Shown: one piece after another, positions 53,808-62,328 of the stretch
Layout: each line of letters opens with the position of its first letter
Numbering within the stretch: position 1 is the first letter of the stretch
NCBI GenBank assembly: GCA_934096265.1
Contig: CAKOLI010000006.1
Location: 253-64,252, forward strand
DNA length: 64,000 nucleotides
Reading direction: 5' to 3'
Source of the DNA: an uncultured Bacilli bacterium
GTDB lineage: Bacteria; Bacillota_I; Bacilli_A; RF39; UBA660
The notes under the pieces: model-generated
The model's database searches: none
Seen by the model: the letters and a program-made list of their open reading frames with translations, nothing else
What the model was told of the DNA's origin: nothing
Translations under genes and position numbers: made by a program

Positions 53808-53913
53808 GGGAAATAATTTTATTTCCCAAGGTAAAATAAGGGTTTATATATATAAAAAATATTTCCCGGGAAATATTTTTACACAAAAAAATTGGGAAAT
53901 AAAATTATTTCCC
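53808..53913. promoter_or_regulatory. Cluster of NBS sequences in the rsmG-noc intergenic region
   Basis: Exact TATTTCCCGGGAAATA at 53860-53875. Everted pairs GGGAAATAATTTTATTTCCC at 53808-53827 and GGGAAATAAAATTATTTCCC at 53894-53913. Confidence 0.65.
53884..53913 (-). terminator. Possible rsmG terminator, coincident with one everted NBS-like palindrome
   Basis: Minus strand GGGAAATAA-TT-TTATTTCCC followed by AATTTTTTTGTGT, 13 nt after the rsmG stop. Confidence 0.4.
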
Positions 53914-53925
53914 AAACTAAATTCA

Positions 53926-54627
53926 TTATAATGGAGATTTTTTTATTTCTTTATACGCTCTTGGAAATTTATTATTTGTATTTCCTATTTTTTTAAATGA
54001 GATTAATAATCTCTCGCTATTTTCAATTGGTAGTAAAAATTCCAATCTTTTATCTTCCTTAAAATTCATTTTCTTTAAACAATTATCAAGATTGTTAAAT
54101 TCGTCCCCCGCTTTTGCTTTCATCGCGATAAAGTGCCCACCAACTTTTACAGAAGCACCAGATATTTCAAGTAACTGACTCATACCTGTCACTGCTCTTC
54201 CAGTTACTATATCAAACATTTCTCTATTATTTCTAGTAAATATTTCCGCTCTATCATTAACAACAACAACATTACATAAATTTAATTCATCCACAATAGC
54301 CTTCAAAAAATTACATCTTTTTCCTAAAGAATCTAACAAAGTAAGCTTAATATTTGGAAATATTATTTTTAAAGGAATACCAGGAAATCCCGCTCCTGTG
54401 CCAATATCACATACACTCTGCTTGTCAAAATCAATAATTTTACATATAGTTAAAGAGTCAAAAAAATGTTTTAAATATATAGCATCTTCATCAGTAATAG
54501 AAGTTAAATTAATCATTTTATTCCATTCTATTAACATATTAAAATATTTTTCAAACTGTTGTAACTGACAATCATTAATATCAATATTTAAATCTTTCAA
54601 ATGAGTAATAAAATCTTCTCTATTCAT
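53926..54627 (-). CDS. rsmG: 16S rRNA (guanine527-N7)-methyltransferase
   Basis: DIGTGAGFPGIPLKI SAM motif. Overlaps the mnmG end. Conserved mnmG-rsmG order. Confidence 0.93.
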   Translation of the reverse strand: MNREDFITHLKDLNIDINDCQLQQFEKYFNMLIEWNKMINLTSITDEDAIYLKHFFDSLTICKIIDFDKQSVCDIGTGAGFPGIPLKIIFPNIKLTLLDSLGKRCNFLKAIVDELNLCNVVVVNDRAEIFTRNNREMFDIVTGRAVTGMSQLLEISGASVKVGGHFIAMKAKAGDEFNNLDNCLKKMNFKEDKRLEFLLPIENSERLLISFKKIGNTNNKFPRAYKEIKKSPL

Positions 54628-56458
54628 TATAAAACCTCTTTAAATAAATAAGTAATATAGATATATCCGCGGGATTAACCCCACTAATTCTTAAAGCTTG
54701 ACCAATAGAACCAGGTCTAATTTTTTCTAGTTTAACTCTTGCCTCACTTGCTAAATTAGGAATTTTACTATAATCAATATCAGTAGGTATTAATTTTTCC
54801 TCATTCTTTAACATTTTTTGTGCTTCTTTATCTACTTTTTTAATATATCCATCATATTTAATTTGAATTTCTACTTCTTCCAATACTTCTTTATTAACAT
54901 TACATAAAAAATCATATTTCAAAGCCAAATCATCTATTTTAACACTAGGTATTTTTAAATAATCATATAAATTACTACCTATAGAACCTTTATCATTATT
55001 AATAACAATTTTAGTATTTTTAAGACGCTCTATCAAATTAGCAATTAAATTTTTCTTTAATAAAAATTTATTATACCTATCTTCATCAATTAAGCCAACC
55101 TTATAACCATATTCTCTTAATCTTAAGTCTGCGTTATCATGTCTAAGTAACAAACGATATTCAGCTCTAGAAGTAAGAAGTCTATAAGGGTCCATAATCC
55201 CTTTAGTAATCAAATCATCTATAAGTACACCAATATAAGCTTCATTTCTTTTTAAAACAAGAGGATCTTTATCTTTAAGTTTCAAAGATGCATTTATACC
55301 CGCGATTAAACCTTGACAAGCGGCTTCTTCATATCCACTTGTTCCATTAATTTGACCTGCCGTAAACAAATTATTAATTAATTTAGTTTCTAAACTAGGT
55401 TTTAATTGTAAAGGATTAATTGCATCATATTCAATCGCATATGCATATTTTAAAATAACAGCATTTTCTAATCCGGGTAAACTATGAACCATCTCTTCTT
55501 GAACATCTTTAGGCATACTTGTAGAAAAACCTTGTAAATAAATATCATCATAATATAAACTTTCTGGCTCTAAAAATAATTGATGCCTTTCCTTATCAGC
55601 GAATCTAACTACTTTATCTTCAATAGAAGGACAATATCTAGGACCAACACCTTTAATATCGTTTCTACCCCCATACATACTAGATTTATGCAAATTATTA
55701 TTAATAATTTCATGAGTTTTTTTAGTAGTATAAATTAAATGACATGGAACTTGATTGTGAACATCGTAAAAAGCCTCTACATCATGACTAAAAGTATACA
55801 GTTTATCATCTCCATATTCAACTTTCGTCTTTTCAAAATCAATAGAATCTCTTTTAATTCTAGGAGGTGTACCAGTTTTAAGTCTAATTATTTCAAATCC
55901 TAACTTACCCAAATTATCTGATAAGTGCATTGATGGTCTTTGAGAATTAGGACCACTACGAGTTCTTGTATCCCCAATCAAAATATCACTCTTTAAATAA
56001 GTACCAGTAGTTAAGATTACTGCCTTAGCCTTAATTTTGCCATATTTATCACAAATAACTCCGGTAACTGTCTTACCTTCAATAACCAAATCTTCAACTA
56101 AATCCTCAAGTAAAGTTAAATTATTACAGTTATTAAGAGTTTTCAACATCTCCTGTGGATAAGTTATTTTATCTGCCTGTGCCCTCAAACTTCTAACTGC
56201 AGGTCCTTTAGAAGAATTAAGCATTTTCATTTGTAGTAAAGTTTTATCTGCATTAATTCCCATTTCCCCACCTAAAGCATCAATTTCTCTAACAACTATT
56301 CCTTTTGCAGACCCACCAATAGAAGGATTACATGGCATAGTGGCAATATTATTTATATTACCTGTAATAAGTAAAGTTTTATTATTAGTTCTAGCACATG
56401 CTAACGCAGCTTCACATCCAGCATGACCACCACCTACGACAACAACATCATAATCCAT
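54620..56458 (-). CDS. mnmG: tRNA uridine 5-carboxymethylaminomethyl modification enzyme MnmG (GidA)
   Basis: MDYDVVVVGGGHAGCEAALA FAD motif. ATG at 56458 is preceded by GAGGTGA. Confidence 0.96.
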   Translation of the reverse strand: MDYDVVVVGGGHAGCEAALACARTNNKTLLITGNINNIATMPCNPSIGGSAKGIVVREIDALGGEMGINADKTLLQMKMLNSSKGPAVRSLRAQADKITYPQEMLKTLNNCNNLTLLEDLVEDLVIEGKTVTGVICDKYGKIKAKAVILTTGTYLKSDILIGDTRTRSGPNSQRPSMHLSDNLGKLGFEIIRLKTGTPPRIKRDSIDFEKTKVEYGDDKLYTFSHDVEAFYDVHNQVPCHLIYTTKKTHEIINNNLHKSSMYGGRNDIKGVGPRYCPSIEDKVVRFADKERHQLFLEPESLYYDDIYLQGFSTSMPKDVQEEMVHSLPGLENAVILKYAYAIEYDAINPLQLKPSLETKLINNLFTAGQINGTSGYEEAACQGLIAGINASLKLKDKDPLVLKRNEAYIGVLIDDLITKGIMDPYRLLTSRAEYRLLLRHDNADLRLREYGYKVGLIDEDRYNKFLLKKNLIANLIERLKNTKIVINNDKGSIGSNLYDYLKIPSVKIDDLALKYDFLCNVNKEVLEEVEIQIKYDGYIKKVDKEAQKMLKNEEKLIPTDIDYSKIPNLASEARVKLEKIRPGSIGQALRISGVNPADISILLIYLKRFYNE

Positions 56459-56579
56459 ACAATTCACCTCACAAATTTCTTCATTATTATATATCATTTT
56501 TTTAATTAATACAATAAAAAAAGAATACATATATGCAATTTACTAAATTACCATCAATATTCTTTTATGTAAAATAAAG

Positions 56580-57929
56580 CTATTTTCCTAAACAAAATTT
56601 ACTAAATAAATTATCTAAAAATTCCTCACTATATGTCTCACCTATAATCTCACCAAGTATTTCCCAAGATGATCTTACATCAAATTCTACCATATCAATA
56701 GGAAGATCATTATCTATATTATTAATCGCAGTATTAATCTTATCTAAAGCTTTCTTCATAAAACCAATATTCTTAATATTAGTTAATATACAATCATTAT
56801 TTAAATTAATTTCTCCTAAATTAAATAAATTCTTAATCTTATCTTTAATTAAATCAATTCCAATATCTTCTTTAACACTAATCTCAATATAATCATCAAG
56901 CATATTCTTATCAAGCTTATTATCTAAATCAATTTTATTTACAACAATTATTCTCTTCATATCTTTAGTCTTATCAAGTAACTCTAAATCATCTTTATCT
57001 ATATAATCATTATTATTCAAAATCAAAATAATTAAATCACTATTATCTATAATAGATAAACTCTTAGATACTCCAATTTTTTCTACAACATCATCAGTAT
57101 TCCTAATACCAGCTGTATCAATTACATTTAAAATAATTCCATCTAAATTAATAGAACCCTCTACAATATCTCTAGTAGTTCCAGGAATATCAGTAACAAT
57201 AGCTTTATCTTCTTCTAATAAAGCATTAAGTAAAGAAGATTTTCCGACATTAGGCCTTCCAATAATCCCTACTTTAATGGAAGAAGTAAGAACCATTCCA
57301 TTCTCACTATTTTTAATAATAGTTTTAAGCTTATCAGCAAATAAATTCAAACTACATTTAAATTTTTCATTAGTAATTTCCTCTATATCAGTATATTCTG
57401 GATAATCAATATTAACCTCAATATTACCTAAAATAGTAACTAACTCATCACGTAAACTTCTAATTAAAGATGAAGTCTTCCCACTAAGTCCATTAATAAA
57501 AACTTTTCTACCAGCATCAGATTTAGTTTCAATTAAATTATTAATACTATCTGCTTGAATTAAGTCAATTCTACCATTCAAAAAAGCCCTCTTAGTAAAC
57601 TCACCAGCTAAAGCTAACCTAGCACCATTCTTAATAAGAACTTCCAATATCTTATTAGTGGTAGTTATCCCTCCATGAGCATTAATTTCTACAACATCTT
57701 CCCTAGTATAAGTCTTAGGTTTAAGCATTATAGAAACTAACACTTCATCAATAATATCTTCTCCATCAACTATATAACCATAATAAATAGTATGACTCTT
57801 AATACTATCTAAATTCTTATGTTTAAATACCTTTTTAAGTATAGTAACAGCCTCATTACCACTCATTCTAATAATCGAAATAGCTCCTTCACCAAGTGCG
57901 GTAGAAATAGCTACTATAGTATCATCCAT
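56580..57929 (-). CDS. mnmE: tRNA modification GTPase MnmE (TrmE)
   Basis: DTIVAISTALGEGAISIIR, GRPNVGKSSLLNAL, DTAGIR, and the C-terminal FCLGK. Confidence 0.96.
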   Translation of the reverse strand: MDDTIVAISTALGEGAISIIRMSGNEAVTILKKVFKHKNLDSIKSHTIYYGYIVDGEDIIDEVLVSIMLKPKTYTREDVVEINAHGGITTTNKILEVLIKNGARLALAGEFTKRAFLNGRIDLIQADSINNLIETKSDAGRKVFINGLSGKTSSLIRSLRDELVTILGNIEVNIDYPEYTDIEEITNEKFKCSLNLFADKLKTIIKNSENGMVLTSSIKVGIIGRPNVGKSSLLNALLEEDKAIVTDIPGTTRDIVEGSINLDGIILNVIDTAGIRNTDDVVEKIGVSKSLSIIDNSDLIILILNNNDYIDKDDLELLDKTKDMKRIIVVNKIDLDNKLDKNMLDDYIEISVKEDIGIDLIKDKIKNLFNLGEINLNNDCILTNIKNIGFMKKALDKINTAINNIDNDLPIDMVEFDVRSSWEILGEIIGETYSEEFLDNLFSKFCLGK

Positions 57930-57977
57930 ATGTAAATCCTCCTATATAAAGAAAACACAGAAATATAATCTGTATTT

Positions 57978-58580
57978 TTACTTTAATTTAATAACAACAC
58001 ATCTATTAGGCTCAACCCCAGTACTCTCTGTATATACATATTTATCTCTAGCAAGAGTTTCATGAACTATCCTTCTTTCATAAGAATTCATACTATCCAT
58101 CTTAACATCAACTCCTGTACTAGCAACTTCTCTAGCAGTTTGCCTAGCTAAATATTGAATACCTTTAATCCTTTTTTCTTTATAATTCTCAACATCTAAT
58201 AAAAATGGTACCTTTTCTCCAGTTTCATTATATAAAAATTGCTTCATAAGTAATTGTAAAGCCATCAAAGTTTTCCCATTCTTACCTATTAATATATTAT
58301 TATTATCAGAAAAAATCTTAATAACTACTACATCATCCCTCTTCTTCACTTCCATATTAATACCAATATTCATAAGTGAAGCAATATCCCTAAGAGCATC
58401 CTTTATATAATCAACCACACCATCTATTTTAGTAACCTTAATTACTACTTTCTTCTTAACAATCCCTCTTACTTCTTCTACAACTTGAATAAATAAATTA
58501 TCCCTAGATGTATCTAAATCATTAATAGCTTTTTGAATAGCATCTTCTTTATTTTGAGCTTCATAGTTATATGATGTCAT
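57978..58580 (-). CDS. jag: Jag/KhpB RNA-binding protein (KH plus R3H)
   Basis: C-terminal R3H MNSYERRIVHETLA. Follows yidC. Confidence 0.9.
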   Translation of the reverse strand: MTSYNYEAQNKEDAIQKAINDLDTSRDNLFIQVVEEVRGIVKKKVVIKVTKIDGVVDYIKDALRDIASLMNIGINMEVKKRDDVVVIKIFSDNNNILIGKNGKTLMALQLLMKQFLYNETGEKVPFLLDVENYKEKRIKGIQYLARQTAREVASTGVDVKMDSMNSYERRIVHETLARDKYVYTESTGVEPNRCVVIKLK

Positions 58581-59499
58581 TATTCTTTACCTTCTTTCTT
58601 TTTACTAATAAATTTTGTAAAATAGTAAACACACTACCAGTAATCCAATATATACCAATAGCCGCGGATAAAGTAAATGAGGCAAAAGCAATAAATCCAA
58701 GCATTATATATAAAGTAGTCTTCATCTGAGAAGCTGCAGGTCCAGATTGATCATTCATAGTATTTTTAAATGAAAAATAAGTAGTACCAATAATTAAAAT
58801 AATTAAAATTACATATATATAATTTCCATTACTAATACCTATCCAAGCACTAGTACCCATTTGCATACCTAAAAAGTTATTTTCAAATATCGCAGGTACT
58901 CTATTAATCGCTTCTAAGAAAGCAAACAATAAAGGTAACTGTATAAATGCAAGTAAGCAACCAGACATAGGATTAATATTATATTTCTTATAAATAATCA
59001 TCATCTCTTGAGCTTTTTTCATTTGATCTTCTTGAGATGTTTTATCACGATACTTCTTTTCTAGCTTATCTAACTCAGGCTTAGCCACCTTCATATTTTC
59101 AGATTGTACAGCAGTCTTCTTAGTAACAGGAATAAGTATTGTTCTAATAAGTAAAGTAGCAAGCACCACTGCAAAACCATAATTTTTAACTAAATTACCT
59201 ATTTGAATAATAAGCCAAGCTAAAGGCTTAACAAATATACTTGTCCATAATCCTTCATATCCTCCATCAGTAATAGACATAGAAGAACAACTAGGTAACT
59301 TATCCAAATCAACATCATGTGCCTTATATATATCAATAACCTTTTCATTAGTAGGTTTACATAATATATTCTTTGTCAAAGCCTGCCCAGTAAGTTCATT
59401 TTGTACAACCTTACCATCATCACCCTTCAACTGCTTTGTACATCCCGTTAAAAGTAACAACGTACAAAAAAGTCCAACAACAAATTTTTTCTTCATCAC
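58567..59499 (-). CDS. yidC: Membrane protein insertase YidC/SpoIIIJ (lipoprotein type)
   Basis: Lipobox LLLTGC, a conserved polytopic core and a basic C-terminal tail. Confidence 0.93.
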   Translation of the reverse strand: MMKKKFVVGLFCTLLLLTGCTKQLKGDDGKVVQNELTGQALTKNILCKPTNEKVIDIYKAHDVDLDKLPSCSSMSITDGGYEGLWTSIFVKPLAWLIIQIGNLVKNYGFAVVLATLLIRTILIPVTKKTAVQSENMKVAKPELDKLEKKYRDKTSQEDQMKKAQEMMIIYKKYNINPMSGCLLAFIQLPLLFAFLEAINRVPAIFENNFLGMQMGTSAWIGISNGNYIYVILIILIIGTTYFSFKNTMNDQSGPAASQMKTTLYIMLGFIAFASFTLSAAIGIYWITGSVFTILQNLLVKRKKVKNNDII

Positions 59500-59816
59500 A
59501 AAATCTCCTTCATTAAATTAATTAGTTCTCTCTCCATATCACTATAAGATAAATCAAGAACACTCCCTTTAACTATTATAACATATTGTTTGTTATTTTG
59601 AAGATTTTTTTTATACTTATCTATAATATTTTTAATTTGTCTCTTAATTTTATTTCTAACAACAGCATTACCCGTTTTCTTAGGAACCGAAATACCAAAT
59701 AACATAATATCTGCTCCATTATAAAAAACAGAAAAATACTTATTCCTTACAACTTTTCTCTTATCTATAATCTTCTTAAAATCTTCATTTTTCTTAATAA
59801 TTTCTCTTTTCTTCAT
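59496..59816 (-). CDS. rnpA: Ribonuclease P protein component
   Basis: 106 aa, basic. GISVPKKTGNAVVRNKIKRQIK RNR motif. Downstream of rpmH. Confidence 0.93.
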   Translation of the reverse strand: MKKREIIKKNEDFKKIIDKRKVVRNKYFSVFYNGADIMLFGISVPKKTGNAVVRNKIKRQIKNIIDKYKKNLQNNKQYVIIVKGSVLDLSYSDMERELINLMKEIL

Positions 59817-59861
59817 AACAAAGTCCTTCCATCTAAGAAAAAAACCACCAAAGAAGTGGAT

Positions 59862-59984
59862 TTAAGCACATATTTTTTTGCGGCCTTTAGCTCTTCTACT
59901 ATTTAGTACTTTTCCTTTAATACGAGCAAAAAAACCATGTTTTTTCTTTCTATTTCTATTATTAGGTTGAAAAGTTCTCTTCAT
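59862..59984 (-). CDS. rpmH: 50S ribosomal protein L34 (40 aa, below the ORF-track cutoff)
   Basis: [43 protein letters not shown] at 59984 is preceded by GGAGGTG. Confidence 0.93.
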   Translation of the reverse strand: MKRTFQPNNRNRKKKHGFFARIKGKVLNSRRAKGRKKICA

Positions 59985-60134
59985 AATTTACACCTCCAAA
60001 TCACCTAAAACAAAATTCTTTTATATTATATAGGGTAATTTCTCTATTGTCAATTATTTTTTATCTTTTTTATCTTTTTTCTTTATTTTTTACACATATT
60101 TTGTTATACTAATACTAAGAATAGGAGAGATAAT

Positions 60135-61637
60135 ATGCTAAAAAAAATTACAAATTCATTTCAAGAATCATTTAACACTATCTATCCTATAATATTTATA
60201 GTATTTCTAATAAACGTATTTATTCCTTTAGGTTTTATCAACTTAATCCTATTTCTAATAAGCTCCCTATTTATTATAATTGGTATTACTACATTTAACT
60301 TTGGCATAAACATTTCCTTAATATCTATAGGTAAATCTCTCGCAACCACTCTTTTAAAAAATAAAAAAATATCCCTAATCCTAATTATAAGCTTCATAGT
60401 AGGCCTAGTTATCACCATCGCCGAACCAGACCTAATAGTCTTATCAAATCAACTAACAAACATTCCAAACATCCTATTTATATCAGTTGTAAGCAGTGGT
60501 GTAGGTTTATTTTTAATGCTCGCTAGTTATCGTATACTATATAAAAAAGATTTTAACAAAATAGTTATATCATGCTATACATTAATTCTAATATTTCTTT
60601 TATTTATTCCACAAGAATTTATCCCAATCGCCTTTGACGCCTCAGGAGCCACCACTGGCTCTATAAGCGTACCATTCATACTAGCTTTTGGTTTAGGATT
60701 AGTATCTAATCGTAAAGATAAAAAAGCCAAAGAAGACAGCTTTGGCCTAGTAGGAATATGCTCTATAGGACCAATAATAACAGTATTACTAATGGGCTTA
60801 TTCTACAAACCAAATAGCACCTACACTCCTTCTATAGAAAATAACACAGAAGTAATAAAAATAATTACAAGTGCCCTATTAAAATATAGTAAAGAAATAT
60901 TTATATCATTACTACCAATAATCATAATATTAATAATATATCAACATAAAAAACAAATATACACTCCTAAAAAACTAAAAAAAATATCCCTAGGTATATT
61001 CCTAACATTTATAGGCTTAACCCTATTCTTAACAGGTGCTAACGTAGGATTTTTAAAAATAGCATACAACATAGGAAATAAAATAGTATTATCTGAATAT
61101 AGTAACTTATTTTTACCTCTAGGTATGATTATAGGATATTTCTCTGTAACTGCAGAACCATCAGTAAAAATCTTAACTGAACAAATAGAAAACATAACAG
61201 GAGGCAGCATATCTAAAAAACTAATTAACTTTTGCCTATCTATAGGTGTTGCCATCGCAGTATTATTATCTCTAACCAGAGTACTAACAGGAATATCCAT
61301 ACTATATTTCATAATCCCAATATACATATTAGTAATAATACTAACCCTTGTAACACCTAAAATATTTACCGTAATTGCTTTTGACTCAGGAGGAGCAGCT
61401 TCTGGTGTCATGACAACATGTTTCTTACTTCCCCTGGCCATTGGTGCAGCCACATCCCTAGAAGTAAACATCATCAAATCTGCCTTTGGAATGGTAGCCC
61501 TAGTCGCGGCATCTCCCTTATTAATAATCCAAATACTAGGCTTAACATACAAAATAATCAAACAACGAAGCATCAAAAAACTAAAAATAGATGAAAGCAT
61601 TATAGAATACAAATGGGGGAATTCATATGGAAAATAA
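60135..61637 (+). CDS. Polytopic membrane protein, duplicated DUF1538-type architecture
   Basis: 500 aa, about 12 hydrophobic segments in two similar halves. Followed by, and overlapping, a P-II-like gene; I recall this pairing as typical for DUF1538. Confidence 0.6.
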   Translation: MLKKITNSFQESFNTIYPIIFIVFLINVFIPLGFINLILFLISSLFIIIGITTFNFGINISLISIGKSLATTLLKNKKISLILIISFIVGLVITIAEPDLIVLSNQLTNIPNILFISVVSSGVGLFLMLASYRILYKKDFNKIVISCYTLILIFLLFIPQEFIPIAFDASGATTGSISVPFILAFGLGLVSNRKDKKAKEDSFGLVGICSIGPIITVLLMGLFYKPNSTYTPSIENNTEVIKIITSALLKYSKEIFISLLPIIIILIIYQHKKQIYTPKKLKKISLGIFLTFIGLTLFLTGANVGFLKIAYNIGNKIVLSEYSNLFLPLGMIIGYFSVTAEPSVKILTEQIENITGGSISKKLINFCLSIGVAIAVLLSLTRVLTGISILYFIIPIYILVIILTLVTPKIFTVIAFDSGGAASGVMTTCFLLPLAIGAATSLEVNIIKSAFGMVALVAASPLLIIQILGLTYKIIKQRSIKKLKIDESIIEYKWGNSYGK

Positions 61638-62313
61638 TCTAGTACTACTAACGATAATCGTAGACTATACAAAAAATAAAGAAATAACAAACATCTTCAA
61701 AAAATACAACCTATATTTTAACTACAAAATACAAGGCTTTGGAAGTGCCTCGAGTAGCCTACTTGATTACTTTGGTTTAAATGAAGTAAAAAAAGAAATC
61801 TACATATCACTCCTACCTAACAAACTAATATCAGAAATAATATACCAACTAAATAAAAGCCTAAACTTAGAAAAAATAGGAACAGGTATTGCTTATACCA
61901 TCCGTTTATCTAGCTCAGTAAAATACCTATATGATGCTTATGCTATATCAAACATCCATGAGGAGGATAAAAAAATGATAAAAAAAGATAAATATCATCT
62001 AATAATAACTATAACAGAAGAAGGTTATAGTGAAAAAGTCATGTCAGTTGCTAAAAATAAAGGGGCAACAGGAGGAACAGTAATCAAAGGAAGTGGCCTT
62101 GGAAATAAAGATGCAATAAAATTCTTAGGCTTCTTAGTAGAACCAGAAAAAGACATAACCTTAATCGTTGTACCTAATGCTATTAGACTAAAAATGATGA
62201 ATGCTATAACAAAAGAAACTGGAATAAACACCAAAGGAAAAGGAATATGCTTTTCCATGCCTATAGATAAAGCAATAGGCTTAGGAGAAGAAGTTAAATT
62301 TGAAAAAATATAA
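61627..62313 (+). CDS. Tandem P-II-like (GlnB-fold) signalling protein
   Basis: Two roughly 105-aa halves. The second has HLIITITEEGYSEKVMSVAKNKGATGGTVIKGSGLG...ITLIVVP...GICFSMPIDKAIGL, similar to the P-II beta-alpha-beta pattern. The start overlaps the upstream gene by 11 nt. Confidence 0.6.
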   Translation: MENNLVLLTIIVDYTKNKEITNIFKKYNLYFNYKIQGFGSASSSLLDYFGLNEVKKEIYISLLPNKLISEIIYQLNKSLNLEKIGTGIAYTIRLSSSVKYLYDAYAISNIHEEDKKMIKKDKYHLIITITEEGYSEKVMSVAKNKGATGGTVIKGSGLGNKDAIKFLGFLVEPEKDITLIVVPNAIRLKMMNAITKETGINTKGKGICFSMPIDKAIGLGEEVKFEKI

Positions 62314-62328
62314 AAGGAAGTGAAATAT

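Noticed and set aside
53808-53827. Treating all everted GGGAAATA..TATTTCCC palindromes as plain intrinsic terminators
   Set aside because: Only 53894-53913 is followed by a T-run in the direction of transcription. The two copies inside dnaX lie mid-gene, and 53808-53827 is followed by an A-run on the transcribed strand.
53722-53886. N-terminal 55-aa extension of noc given by the ORF track (TTG start)
   Set aside because: It has no RBS and runs through the NBS palindromes. A perfect AAGGAGG precedes ATG 53721, which aligns with ParB-family N-termini.
59985-60134. DnaA-box cluster in the rpmH/DUF1538 divergent spacer
   Set aside because: The best match by eye (TTTTACACA) has two mismatches and stands alone. 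The region looks like ordinary divergent promoters.
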